Of a DNA stretch of 64,000 bases, positions 38,227 to 47,849 are shown one piece after another (within the stretch, counting starts at the first letter, position 1; each line of letters opens with the position of its first letter). This DNA comes from Escherichia phage BP9, in sequence record PP488543.1; one strand, written 5' to 3'. The notes under the pieces were generated by a model, which did no database searches, had not been told where the DNA came from, and was given only the letters and a program-made list of their open reading frames with translations. A program made the translations under genes and the position numbers.

Positions 38227-38498
38227 ACCTTCTCGTTGATAAATTTACGGGCGGTTTGGTGAGTTGTTTCTGCTGTCTTCAGAATGATATTAATTTTATC
38301 GTCAAGATCATTCATCTCAGCAGTTAATTCAGGAATCTCTCCGGCATGCATGGTGAAATCATACATAGACATGCCAAGGATCTCATTGATTCGGCGGTTG
38401 CATTCTGCAGCACGCTGGTTCATTTTCCAAGCCAACACCAGAGCCTCTTGCGTAGCCTCCAGTGCAAAGTCTAATACGTCAGCTTCTTCTTTCGTCAT
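38223..38498 (-). CDS. hypothetical protein (91 aa)
   Basis: ORF in the co-directional block; stop/start overlap with the neighbouring gene. Confidence 0.35.
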   Translation of the reverse strand: MTKEEADVLDFALEATQEALVLAWKMNQRAAECNRRINEILGMSMYDFTMHAGEIPELTAEMNDLDDKINIILKTAETTHQTARKFINEKV

Positions 38499-38553
38499 CT
38501 CAGTCTCTCTTGTTGTATTGTTAGTAGGTGCATGAACACCTTATATCTCACTT

Positions 38554-39120
38554 TTATTCAAACTGCAATAGCAAGTCCACCACCGCGCTAGGTCTGTCAA
38601 CAAATTCCCCAGGTCCACATGCCCACAGAGGGTATCCGTCCACATACCGCCAAATCCAACCTGCAGTGTGGAGTTCGAGCAGGGCAGTACCGTCCTTACT
38701 GTCAACCACTCTTTCCCACAGTGTTGGGCAGCGAAGCTTGAGAATCGGATCACCTCCCTTATACCCGTCCATGTAGATACCCATTGCAAAGTTCAGCATC
38801 ATCTTTTTGTGCACTGATCTCTTACTGAGGGTGCTCATCACTTCCTCTTTGTGAATGTTTGTAAGCTTCTCTTTGGCTACCTGCAGATCGTTGCAACCAT
38901 TGTTCAGCAGATCTTCCAGACACTTGATCCGGAGGTCGTGAATGTCTTTGTCGTGTACCGTTGGCACAGGGTCGTAGCGGTATAGCACTGTTGATACAAG
39001 GTTGCTCGGGTGTGGGTCTGACAGCAACCCATAACCCCAATACTCTTCTGTATCTGAAAGGACAAGACACCCAATGTCTCTGTCAAGCTTTCCTGTGTTG
39101 TAAGCCACATTGACCGCCAT
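38554..39120 (-). CDS. hypothetical protein (188 aa)
   Basis: ORF in the co-directional block; no motif recognised. Confidence 0.4.
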   Translation of the reverse strand: MAVNVAYNTGKLDRDIGCLVLSDTEEYWGYGLLSDPHPSNLVSTVLYRYDPVPTVHDKDIHDLRIKCLEDLLNNGCNDLQVAKEKLTNIHKEEVMSTLSKRSVHKKMMLNFAMGIYMDGYKGGDPILKLRCPTLWERVVDSKDGTALLELHTAGWIWRYVDGYPLWACGPGEFVDRPSAVVDLLLQFE

Positions 39121-39122
39121 GA

Positions 39123-39368
39123 CTATAGCTCCACTAGCAAAGTGCTTTCAAAGTGCCGTTCATGCAGACCGTTGTAAGGGACCACTTCCACAACACCATC
39201 ACGGACATACGGGGCCATCATAGTGGTATAATCTCCAAACGGGTTGGTATTGTCACTAACCACAACCACCTTCTGCCCTTCCTTGGCAGAGTGCCAAATA
39301 GATCTACACTTCATCAGGTGTTCGAGAGCTCCAGGTAAAATTTTGTTACGTTCTTTACGGGTCTTCAT
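39123..39368 (-). CDS. hypothetical protein (81 aa)
   Basis: ORF in the co-directional block. Confidence 0.3.
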   Translation of the reverse strand: MKTRKERNKILPGALEHLMKCRSIWHSAKEGQKVVVVSDNTNPFGDYTTMMAPYVRDGVVEVVPYNGLHERHFESTLLVEL

Positions 39369-39814
39369 AACAGATATAGCTCCTTATGAAAGTGGTCTTT
39401 TAATTTCTCACTGAGAAACTTCTTGATACCTTCCTCTAAAGTGTTTTCGATGTAGTCCAGCTTAACTGCTTCGATGGACATATCATAGATCGCCAGCTCT
39501 AAGCTGTCAAGTCCCATCATAGCATGAACCATAAGATTTTCATCTTCAGATACATTCAGGGGACTTCCTATAACATCTGTAGGTAGGATAGTTTCCCAAT
39601 TATTCTGAGTGGTAGTTCTCCCACCATCCACTTTACGGCGCAGTTCGAAGGTGTTCTTAGTGTAGAACACTTCATAAGAAACGATACGACTATCGCTCTC
39701 ATAATAAACGAAGTTCAGGTAGGAGCCTAGCCGCAGTCGGCAAACTTCTACCCCAAACCATTGTTTCTTATAAGAATTCAGGCTAATGCTGTCGCATTCA
39801 CGCTTGCTCAACAC
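39365..39814 (-). CDS. hypothetical protein (149 aa)
   Basis: ORF in the co-directional block; 4-bp overlap with the downstream gene. Confidence 0.4.
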   Translation of the reverse strand: MLSKRECDSISLNSYKKQWFGVEVCRLRLGSYLNFVYYESDSRIVSYEVFYTKNTFELRRKVDGGRTTTQNNWETILPTDVIGSPLNVSEDENLMVHAMMGLDSLELAIYDMSIEAVKLDYIENTLEEGIKKFLSEKLKDHFHKELYLL

Positions 39815-39830
39815 GGCTATCTCCTTTTTG

Positions 39831-40064
39831 TTAATCTTCGTAAATCAGGATTTCTGCTTTAGGTTTTCGTGCTTTCAAGTCCAGCTCTATCCAGTGCACC
39901 ATAGCTGTTTCAAGAAAAACAGCTTGGATGCATCCGTCCTCAGCGTGCCCCACCAACATAACAAGATCTTCACCTTCGTCATCTGCATCACGAACATACA
40001 GAATATCTCCAGATTCAAAGTCTTTCACAACCTGATTGCTGGATAATTTACGAATTTTTGCCAT
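39831..40064 (-). CDS. hypothetical protein (77 aa)
   Basis: ORF in the co-directional block. Confidence 0.3.
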   Translation of the reverse strand: MAKIRKLSSNQVVKDFESGDILYVRDADDEGEDLVMLVGHAEDGCIQAVFLETAMVHWIELDLKARKPKAEILIYED

Positions 40065-40065
40065 A

Positions 40066-40329
40066 TCAGAAACCCTCTAAAAAGCTCTTGTAGAAAACAA
40101 TCTCAGTATCAACACCAGTCACGATCTTGTCGTTCCGGATTTCATCGGTAAGATAGGTGTCAAAACGCAGAACCTGTGTGGTGTTGTCACACATCCACTC
40201 AGCTGTGACCATTGCGAAAATCTTAGCATCTTCATTATCTGGTGTGAATGTTACCACCTCGCCGCATTTAAACTTTTCGATAGGTTGCGTGTTAGCTTTC
40301 GGTTCTGCAATAGTGATTTTCGTGGTCAT
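40066..40329 (-). CDS. hypothetical protein (87 aa)
   Basis: ORF in the co-directional block. Confidence 0.3.
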   Translation of the reverse strand: MTTKITIAEPKANTQPIEKFKCGEVVTFTPDNEDAKIFAMVTAEWMCDNTTQVLRFDTYLTDEIRNDKIVTGVDTEIVFYKSFLEGF

Positions 40330-40595
40330 TACTCTTCCTCCATAGTTTCACCAAATACTTCGATACGAGCATCGAGCTCGGTTGCTTTCAGCTCCCCAAC
40401 AAAATCTTTTAGTTCTTTCTCATCCAGATCGTAAGCCCACACACAAGAAGAACATGCAGATTTCACAATCAGCAGCGTAGATACACGACCTGACTCTGTG
40501 ATCATGCTCACAATGGTCCCCACAGGGAACGTGTTGATAGCTTTTTTAACTGGACGTTCAGCTTTAATTACTACCTCTGTTGCCATAAATAACAT
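40329..40595 (-). CDS. hypothetical protein (88 aa)
   Basis: ORF in the co-directional block. Confidence 0.3.
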   Translation of the reverse strand: MLFMATEVVIKAERPVKKAINTFPVGTIVSMITESGRVSTLLIVKSACSSCVWAYDLDEKELKDFVGELKATELDARIEVFGETMEEE

Positions 40596-40601
40596 CCTCT
40601 C

Positions 40602-42083
40602 TTACTTAGCGTACTCGATTAATTCCACAGTTTTACCAAAGCTAGGGATATAATTTTTATTATACCCTTCGGTGAGAACCCATAAAGTATCGTACTTTTT
40701 CCACTTGTTGTCAACAGCCTTTTGTTCAAAGTTATGCTCAAAGTATAGGTCGGTCAGGACGATGACATCTTTTGCATTTGGTATGTTGGCATCCAGATAC
40801 TCGAACACGCAAGCAGCTGTTGTGCCCCATGTTGAGTGGACCTCATAGTTGATCATTTCGTCTATGTTGCCGCGAGTATATACTTTAACCTCTCCGACTT
40901 CAGTTGACCAACAGAACATTGTAACCTTAAACTCTTTATACAGATTGCACAATCCGGTGATTTCATTGAACATTTTCTTTAAAGTTCTTTGAGAGATCGA
41001 GCCAGAAACGTCTAAAGCTACCACAATATCTATGGTGTTTTCCGGATTACGACCAGGAACAATAACGTGCTGGTTCTTGTTTATAGCCCCAACTTTTCGC
41101 ATTGTGCTGGTCAAAGACCCAGATCGGCGACCAGGTTTTCTGTAGGTCAGTTCGGCCTTTCGTTTAGACAACATGCGTTGCTTAATGATGTCTATATAGT
41201 TGATTACAGGCTTACCTCTGTTCTTGACAAACTCACGCACCGCCTCGGGGCAACGACCTCCGGAAGCTTGCATTGCTGCTTCCAGCATGTCACCAGAGTC
41301 TTGCATGGCCTGATCTTTATCAGATTGGCTGATTACAGGTTGTGGCTGATCATACCCCATAGCCTTTCCAAGATCATCGCTGGTGCCACCGTTCCCACTC
41401 ATGTGATCATCGGTTTGTCGCTTATCCCCTTGAGAGTTCTCACCTTTACCGCTCTTACTTTTACCGTTATTCTGATCTCTTTGCTTATCAAGAACCGCAT
41501 AGACGTTCTCAGCAATCCATCCATGAAACCTCATGTCGCAGTAGCAGCTGGCTAAGAAACCAAAAGGCTTACCTTTCACGAACGTAGTGCTTTTCCCCTT
41601 CGGGAAGAAAACACAGGGAGGCTTGCTAAAGTCAACCACAAGACCTGTGTTGATAACATGATCACAAGCAATATTAAACAGTTCCGGCTCGAAGCTTTTA
41701 CCACGGACCAGGTGATCACAGATAATATGCCCCACCTCGTGTGACAGAAGAAAAGCCACCTCTTTCACAGATTTGGGAGAATAGAAAACCTCAGCCATCT
41801 CAAACTGTTCGTCAGTTAGAGAAGCCTTAAGAATAGCCTTGCGTTCATCAGCCAATCCCATAATGAACTCAGGGCTGTAATAGATGCGTTTATGGTCGGT
41901 TGCCATGGTGGAGCACCATGTGTGGTTTTCTACGAACTGCAATCCTGACAGCAGTGTGCCATAAAACGGCAGCTTTTCAAGGAGATACATACGTGCAGCC
42001 TGCAACATTCTCAGGGCATCATCTTTCTGTGAGGCAATGATTTCTGAACTTCTGCTATCCATTAAAACTCCAGAAGGGGCCAA
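40602..42083 (-). CDS. VWA-domain protein with N-terminal zincin-like (HExxH) domain (DUF2201-type), 493 aa
   Basis: HEVGH metallopeptidase motif (LLSHEVGHIICDH) in the N-terminal half and a MIDAS motif (IVVALDVSGSIS) in the C-terminal half. Confidence 0.7.
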   Translation of the reverse strand: MAPSGVLMDSRSSEIIASQKDDALRMLQAARMYLLEKLPFYGTLLSGLQFVENHTWCSTMATDHKRIYYSPEFIMGLADERKAILKASLTDEQFEMAEVFYSPKSVKEVAFLLSHEVGHIICDHLVRGKSFEPELFNIACDHVINTGLVVDFSKPPCVFFPKGKSTTFVKGKPFGFLASCYCDMRFHGWIAENVYAVLDKQRDQNNGKSKSGKGENSQGDKRQTDDHMSGNGGTSDDLGKAMGYDQPQPVISQSDKDQAMQDSGDMLEAAMQASGGRCPEAVREFVKNRGKPVINYIDIIKQRMLSKRKAELTYRKPGRRSGSLTSTMRKVGAINKNQHVIVPGRNPENTIDIVVALDVSGSISQRTLKKMFNEITGLCNLYKEFKVTMFCWSTEVGEVKVYTRGNIDEMINYEVHSTWGTTAACVFEYLDANIPNAKDVIVLTDLYFEHNFEQKAVDNKWKKYDTLWVLTEGYNKNYIPSFGKTVELIEYAK

Positions 42084-42095
42084 TGGCCCCTGTCA

Positions 42096-43151
42096 TTATT
42101 TAACGTGTTTGAAAATACCTGCCAACTCGGTCATTGTCATGCGGGTGGTCTTCATAAGATCTGTCATAGCTTTCTCCATAATTGGAGATACTACCATAAA
42201 GTTACCCTTGGTGAAACCTTTATTCCAGTCGGTCACTAATAGTGGTTTAAGTCCGACCCCGAGACGCTCACCAGTTAAAGCACAACATTTTCGAATGTAC
42301 GTGCTCTTAAATTGACTGAATGACAGATCAACTTTCATACCTGCATCGTAGAACGTCTGACAATAGAAAGTGTAAGCTTTGGCAATCTCAACATCGTCAG
42401 GCAGTGCAGGAACCTCTTCTGTGAGCTCTTCTTCGTCCCCTTGAGGCTCTTTTTCCTCTTCGTAAGCCTGTTGCGCCACTTCTTTAATCTCCTCTGCTGC
42501 AGGCTCGTTTACAATGTCAGAAATGTGCTTGTTGGCTCCACGGTTAGCCATGAAGTTTTTAAAATCCTGCATTGGTGACATATCTTCCTCCCATTCTTCG
42601 TCAAAGAGTGCCAGTTTATCCTCTTCCGTCCCATATTGCAAGATGAAATCTTCAAAAGTGTAATCACCTTTCAATTTCTCCATGCGCTCTTCGCTCAGGT
42701 GGAGCATCATCTGCTGGACAATTTTTCGATCAGTTTTGTCTTTAATCAAGATTGCGGTCTTTTTATCTACCAGGCAGTCTTTCAGAGAGTTACACCTCAA
42801 TCCTACCACACAACAGTTATCAATTGCGTAAGGACCTTCATCATCTATCCGCTCCAGAGATGGGTAGAAAGGATTCCCCAGCCCGTTTTCATCTGTGTAC
42901 ATGTCGAAAGGTATAAGGGTATAGTCGCATACCCCCTCTCCTAAAAGTTTTTTACCAAATAGGAGGTATTCTTCCCATGACAGGTTGAACTCTATATCCC
43001 GTTTCCGTGCATTATTCTGTTTGCGTCTATATTTTTTGAGCAGGCGCTCTAACTCTTCTGGTGTATAATATTTTTCAAGATTCATGAGTTGTCTCTTGTG
43101 CTCTGTAGGTGAAGAAATCTTATCAAGTGCCTCAACAGATGTCAACCTCAA
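42096..43151 (-). CDS. hypothetical protein (351 aa) with acidic linker
   Basis: TTG start at 43151 in the track; first gene of the minus-strand block, read from a divergent promoter region; no family recognised. Confidence 0.4.
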   Translation of the reverse strand: MRLTSVEALDKISSPTEHKRQLMNLEKYYTPEELERLLKKYRRKQNNARKRDIEFNLSWEEYLLFGKKLLGEGVCDYTLIPFDMYTDENGLGNPFYPSLERIDDEGPYAIDNCCVVGLRCNSLKDCLVDKKTAILIKDKTDRKIVQQMMLHLSEERMEKLKGDYTFEDFILQYGTEEDKLALFDEEWEEDMSPMQDFKNFMANRGANKHISDIVNEPAAEEIKEVAQQAYEEEKEPQGDEEELTEEVPALPDDVEIAKAYTFYCQTFYDAGMKVDLSFSQFKSTYIRKCCALTGERLGVGLKPLLVTDWNKGFTKGNFMVVSPIMEKAMTDLMKTTRMTMTELAGIFKHVK

Positions 43152-43158
43152 AAACGTG

Positions 43159-43187
43159 TTGACTTTACCCTAAATCCACGATATAGT
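43159..43187 (+). promoter_or_regulatory. sigma70-type promoter (TTGACT-17 bp-TATAGT) for the plus-strand accessory block
   Basis: -35 at 43159-43164, -10 at 43182-43187 in the divergent intergenic region; AGGAG Shine-Dalgarno precedes the ATG at 43228. Confidence 0.5.
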
Positions 43188-43227
43188 GCACCCATTCGAA
43201 AGAAAACGAACACAGGAGTACTTAATC

Positions 43228-44127
43228 ATGGCAAATCTTAACAGCTTTAGCACTCGGTGGAAACAAGATATCACAACCAATCTCTCAGCAGGCGATATCC
43301 TTTCTGCAATTTACGAGGCTTTGGATGATAAAGCTACTTCAAAAGCGGTTTGTACCAACCCACTAATTCCTGTAGTGATGAAGGTTATTGAGCGTAGATT
43401 GGTATCTGGGTCTGATAAGTGGACATATTTAGATAATGAAGGACACACCTATTCCAATGGGTACGTCGATATAAAAGTAGAATACGCGGTATCATACCGC
43501 CGGAGCGGTTCTGTAACTTTCAACTTCTCTGGAGGTTTTCGATCTCTGGCTACCTCACCTTTTGTTTCCTCAGAGGAGAAGTATGAGCTTCCATTTCTTT
43601 GGATGATGGCTAACGCGACAGGAAAAACCCCCGTTAGCATCCGAGTAAAATACAACTACAACGGATCTAGTAAGATCTATGCCGAGAGTGTCTCAGCAAG
43701 TTTTTATTTTGTGATGGGGGATGGAATCCTCAAACATATAAAGATGTGCGATATGCATGATGTTATAAATGAAGTGACTGATAAGAATGTTCTGGTGAAG
43801 GATCTCAACAATTTTTATACACCCGGAGACTATTACGTCAGCCGTCCACTGTGCATCTTTAATGCCGCACACCCTCTAGGTGAGTATTTGATCGCCAATA
43901 GCGATATTGCCAATAACCGCTTCGAGGTAGCAAGAGTACAGAATGAGGTATTGACATCTTGCAAGAGCGGTGATAAGTTTACCGAAGAAGAGATGGGTGT
44001 TTTAGAAATGATGGGATATAAGTGTAGCCTTTGGGTAGATGAGGTGTTTAATGATTGCATCTATGGACAGGATATTTACCCATTAAAGAAGTATACTGAT
44101 TCCAGTTTAATTTACGCGGAGATTTGA
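43228..44127 (+). CDS. hypothetical protein (300 aa)
   Basis: ATG at 43228 with AGGAG Shine-Dalgarno; the track start at 43186 overlaps the promoter -10. Confidence 0.45.
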   Translation: MANLNSFSTRWKQDITTNLSAGDILSAIYEALDDKATSKAVCTNPLIPVVMKVIERRLVSGSDKWTYLDNEGHTYSNGYVDIKVEYAVSYRRSGSVTFNFSGGFRSLATSPFVSSEEKYELPFLWMMANATGKTPVSIRVKYNYNGSSKIYAESVSASFYFVMGDGILKHIKMCDMHDVINEVTDKNVLVKDLNNFYTPGDYYVSRPLCIFNAAHPLGEYLIANSDIANNRFEVARVQNEVLTSCKSGDKFTEEEMGVLEMMGYKCSLWVDEVFNDCIYGQDIYPLKKYTDSSLIYAEI

Positions 44128-44402
44128 CTATGATGAAGTCATGTGGTAGTGTATATTATGTTGGTGAGAATGTTCAGGCAGATAGTGTGTGGAAATCCAT
44201 TAAGTCCACCACCGATGATGCCTTTCTGAGCGGGTTATGCTTTCCCAGCCCAGGGGACACTCTCCCTTACCCTGGAGATTTTGTTGTCAACAAGATGGAC
44301 GGTTATACCGTGTGCCTGATGGTTGAAAAAATCTTTTTAGACACTAGACACAATCACCGTCTTGTGTTAAAATTTCAAGAATGTAAAATGACAATTGCCT
44401 AA
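44124..44402 (+). CDS. hypothetical protein (92 aa)
   Basis: 4-bp start/stop overlap with the upstream gene. Confidence 0.35.
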   Translation: MTMMKSCGSVYYVGENVQADSVWKSIKSTTDDAFLSGLCFPSPGDTLPYPGDFVVNKMDGYTVCLMVEKIFLDTRHNHRLVLKFQECKMTIA

Positions 44403-44415
44403 GGAGACCTTGCCG

Positions 44416-44772
44416 ATGTCTAAAGTTACTTATCGTGCAGCTATTTACTGCAATGAACACCCAATCTATAATGATGGTCACTGCCTTTTTAAAGAAAATC
44501 AATTGGGCTGTATTGTCCTCCCTGATGAAGGTGAAGGTTATCTGATTGCGTTGACAGGGTTTGAACCTGAAGCTCTGGAAACCAATCTTGACTACCTGGT
44601 AGAAGAGGGTGCTGCAGACCTGGTTGCCAATGGCCTATCCGTAAGCCTTGATGAAGTGGAGCGCTTCATGGGCAATTACCGTGTAGTGCGTGAGTTTACT
44701 ATCGAGGTGGAAACTCCAGAGTGGGGTAGCACTGAAACTAATGCCGAAGAAAAAGAAGAGGAGGTAGAATAA
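44416..44772 (+). CDS. hypothetical acidic protein (118 aa)
   Basis: ATG at 44416 preceded by TAAGGAGA; the track start at 44395 is less likely. Confidence 0.4.
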   Translation: MSKVTYRAAIYCNEHPIYNDGHCLFKENQLGCIVLPDEGEGYLIALTGFEPEALETNLDYLVEEGAADLVANGLSVSLDEVERFMGNYRVVREFTIEVETPEWGSTETNAEEKEEEVE

Positions 44773-45029
44773 TGAAAGTGCAGATCTTGACTAATGCCGA
44801 GAAGATGTTTATTGAAGATACACCTTTTGAAGCTGGTGAGCTACAGTTCGTTTATTTTGTTGACTTAGATAAGGTGTTCCCTGCACTGAATCTGGGTCTG
44901 GATGAAGTTCCTCATAAGGTTTTGTGCCAAGTTGTTCGTGCCTTAGCGGCAGAGGGGGAGTTCCACACCCTTCAAGATATCCAGACCTACGGGTATCTTG
45001 AACTACAACGAGAAGAAGAGGTGGACTGA
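44772..45029 (+). CDS. hypothetical protein (85 aa)
   Basis: Stop/start overlap with the upstream gene. Confidence 0.35.
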   Translation: MKVQILTNAEKMFIEDTPFEAGELQFVYFVDLDKVFPALNLGLDEVPHKVLCQVVRALAAEGEFHTLQDIQTYGYLELQREEEVD

Positions 45030-45031
45030 TA

Positions 45032-45412
45032 ATGGCTCAGTGGAAGACAACAGTTGACCTTCATGATCAGTGGTTAGGACGCATCACTGAAGACGGGAAG
45101 TTAGTTGAGTGGGACAATAAGCATGTTAGCGAGTTGGCAAGTATTGTGGCTGGCAAGTTACGATCCAAGTTCCCTGAACAACTGGATCCTGATAGTTCAA
45201 AGTTCGATCCTGAGTTGGAGGATGTTGTATACTACTTCGACACCGTGGATGACTACGATGCGTGGTTTGCAGCACGGGAGCTTTACCCACAAGGATCTGC
45301 TATGCGCCAGATGGAAGAAGATTATCCTCCGTGCGAGCAATTCAATAGTGCAATGACTTGCCTCTACGATTGGGCAGATAAGAACCTTGTCTGGATTCGG
45401 ACTGCATTTTAG
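45032..45412 (+). CDS. hypothetical protein (126 aa)
   Basis: Tightly packed ORF. Confidence 0.4.
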   Translation: MAQWKTTVDLHDQWLGRITEDGKLVEWDNKHVSELASIVAGKLRSKFPEQLDPDSSKFDPELEDVVYYFDTVDDYDAWFAARELYPQGSAMRQMEEDYPPCEQFNSAMTCLYDWADKNLVWIRTAF

Positions 45413-45456
45413 TGGGCAGGAATGGCGGCAAGGATGCTGCTTAAGGAGTAGTAGAG

Positions 45457-45726
45457 ATGTTATACCAGCAATATGAACTTCGTGCAGAAAAAGAGTTAAA
45501 TTTTGACAAAGATATTCACAGATATTATTATGGGAAAGTTAGAGGGCAAGCAAGAAAGTGTACTCCAACACTCTTTTATGCCAGCAGACGACTAGCGCCA
45601 GAAGAGGCAACAGCAGAAAGGGTTGCGTACAACTGGAGAGTCACGTATGATATTGACAGATCCGATGTGATATCTGTTTTGGAAAACTTTGAAAACACTT
45701 ACACACAAGTAGAGGACTTTTACTAA
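45457..45726 (+). CDS. hypothetical protein (89 aa)
   Basis: Tightly packed ORF whose stop overlaps the ATPase start. Confidence 0.35.
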   Translation: MLYQQYELRAEKELNFDKDIHRYYYGKVRGQARKCTPTLFYASRRLAPEEATAERVAYNWRVTYDIDRSDVISVLENFENTYTQVEDFY

Positions 45727-46910
45727 TGTCAAGAAACGTATTTGAAAGTGGTCAAATCACTGTCCGTGAGTTGCCAGCTATCATTCAGTTTGCCCAGCGT
45801 CATAACCGATCTGTCCTGATTTTAGGACCAATGGGTGTGGGAAAGAGCCAGGTGATGAAGCAGATCGCAGACAATATGTTCGGTGAGCGAGATGACAACT
45901 TGGTTGACGTGCGGTTGTCAGATAAAGATCCTGCCGACTTATCTGGGCTACCTATCCCTGTAGAAGCGGATGGAACTACACGTACAGTGTTTGCAATTCC
46001 AGAATTTTGGCCTGCGGATCCTGGCTGGAGCGGAATTATCTTTCTGGATGAGCTCACTCATGCAGATAACTACCTGCAAAAGGTTGCAATGCAAATTATG
46101 CTCGACCACAAGTGCGGTACCTATGCATTCCCTAAAGGTTCTGTTTTTGTGGCTGCTGGTAACCGTTCTACAGATGGTGCGGTTCTTTCGGCGCTCGAAG
46201 CCCCTCTGGCTAACCGTTTTATCATTGTAGAAGTTACAAGCAATGCAGAGGTGTTTATTGAGGACTACGCATTCCTTAATGGGGTGCACTCCTCTGTAAT
46301 TGGATATTTGAAAAGAGTTCCATCAGCTATCGATAATTATGAGGCTATGGCTGAGATTAATTGTCCATCTTTTGCCACACCACGATCTTGGGTTGCTGCA
46401 TCTGACATCTTGCACGATTTTGACAGCGGTATTATTTCTGACGCTATGGCCCGTGTTCTTCTGCAAGGTGCTGTTGGTCACACTGCAGCGGTAGAGATCT
46501 GGACTTACCACATCAAGAAACGTAACTTACCGGAAATCGGTCGGATTATGGCAGGAGGTTGCAAAGAATATGTAGGTCCTAAACAGCCAGACATCTTGTG
46601 GATTCTTGGATCTGAAGGTTGTATCGCTATTCGTAATATGATGGAAAATGCAAGTATCTCCGACGAAGATCTTGTTAGCTGTGTGGCAAACTTCCTCGAT
46701 TTCCTTTGGGAAAATTTCAAGGACGAGAACCGAGATTTTGTATTCTCAGTCTTTATGGCGATGATGAAACCTAATGCCTTAGGAAATGCCTTGCTTATCG
46801 GTAAAGGGCGTGACAAGATTGTTGCTCAGCTGATCAAAGCATACCCAAACCTAATGAAGATTGTAAAAGAGTTTGGTGAAGAGTTTAGCGCCATTTTGGC
46901 TAAAGCTTGA
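45726..46910 (+). CDS. MoxR-type AAA+ ATPase (AAA_5 family)
   Basis: Walker A LILGPMGVGKSQ, Walker B IIFLDELTHA, sensor region VFVAAGNRSTDGA..LANRF typical of MoxR/RavA-like ATPases. Confidence 0.8.
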   Translation: MSRNVFESGQITVRELPAIIQFAQRHNRSVLILGPMGVGKSQVMKQIADNMFGERDDNLVDVRLSDKDPADLSGLPIPVEADGTTRTVFAIPEFWPADPGWSGIIFLDELTHADNYLQKVAMQIMLDHKCGTYAFPKGSVFVAAGNRSTDGAVLSALEAPLANRFIIVEVTSNAEVFIEDYAFLNGVHSSVIGYLKRVPSAIDNYEAMAEINCPSFATPRSWVAASDILHDFDSGIISDAMARVLLQGAVGHTAAVEIWTYHIKKRNLPEIGRIMAGGCKEYVGPKQPDILWILGSEGCIAIRNMMENASISDEDLVSCVANFLDFLWENFKDENRDFVFSVFMAMMKPNALGNALLIGKGRDKIVAQLIKAYPNLMKIVKEFGEEFSAILAKA

Positions 46911-46919
46911 GGAGGTTGT

Positions 46920-47300
46920 ATGGCTAAAGTAGGTAAGCGGGGAAACTACTTGGTAGTATTGACCGAGGAGCCGGAGAAGGAGTACGAATGCAGCTCCACT
47001 TGCGTGATCGATATCCGAGAAAAAGATGTAGATGAAATCTGGTTTGAAATATTAGACGCTTGCGACAGCAGTGATTATTTCTTCATCTATGTCAACGATA
47101 AAGCCGGGTTCTTCCATGACGACGGAGAGTTGCCGTATGAAATCTATGAGCTTGTAGAGGCTTGCCATCGTGGAGATGCGGAGTTGTTTGGCTTACGGCT
47201 GAAAAGCGGTAAATTCTTCTATCAAGATGAGTGCATGAATCTTCATAACTTTGTAGAGGGAACTTGCAACGATGGAGAGATTTTGGTACACTACGATTAA
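46920..47300 (+). CDS. hypothetical acidic protein (126 aa)
   Basis: ORF followed by a strong terminator. Confidence 0.4.
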   Translation: MAKVGKRGNYLVVLTEEPEKEYECSSTCVIDIREKDVDEIWFEILDACDSSDYFFIYVNDKAGFFHDDGELPYEIYELVEACHRGDAELFGLRLKSGKFFYQDECMNLHNFVEGTCNDGEILVHYD

Positions 47301-47311
47301 TTTCTAAGACA

Positions 47312-47340
47312 CCCCCGCTTCGGCGGGGATTTTCTATTTG
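47312..47340 (+). terminator. rho-independent terminator (ccccgc-UUCG-gcgggg + T-rich)
   Basis: Same hairpin core as the terminators at 15348 and 21161. Confidence 0.75.
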
Positions 47341-47348
47341 GAGTTATT

Positions 47349-47849
47349 GTGAAAATTAAGATCTTTGCTATTATTTTGAGCGCACTTTTATCGCTGCCTG
47401 TTGTTGCAGCACCAAAACAAAAAGTATATCATACTTGCAAGCCATCGGATACTAAGGAAAACATTCTGGCATGCAATATCTACAGGGAAGCTAGAGGAGA
47501 TGGCACGATGGGTATGCTGGCATCTGGGTTTGCCACCCTAAACAGGAAATCTCATCCCAAATACCCGGACACTATAAGAAAGATTGTCTACCAACCTAAT
47601 CAGTTTTCGTGGACAACCTACGGCAAAACTTTTAAGGTGACAGAAAAAGATTCATGGGATCACGCTAAAAGTCTTGCAAAGATGCTTCTAAAGGTCTATA
47701 ATAACAACCATGTTGCATACATGGCTATGGATATAACAGGTGGAGCAACACACTACCATACGACCAAAGTACGACCGAAATGGGCAAAAAAGATGCAGAG
47801 GACAGCTCAATTCGGGAGTCATATCTACTACAAGGAGCGCAATAAATGA
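47349..47849 (+). CDS. secreted cell-wall hydrolase, SleB/CwlJ (Hydrolase_2) family, with N-terminal signal peptide
   Basis: GTG start after GGAG. Signal peptide MKIKIFAIILSALLSLPVVAAP. Conserved block NIYREARGDGTMGMLASGFATLNRKSHPKYPDTIRKIVYQPNQFSW matches the SleB-family consensus (..EARGE..GQ.AVA.V..NR..S..FP.T...VVFQP.QFS). Confidence 0.7.
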   Translation: MKIKIFAIILSALLSLPVVAAPKQKVYHTCKPSDTKENILACNIYREARGDGTMGMLASGFATLNRKSHPKYPDTIRKIVYQPNQFSWTTYGKTFKVTEKDSWDHAKSLAKMLLKVYNNNHVAYMAMDITGGATHYHTTKVRPKWAKKMQRTAQFGSHIYYKERNK

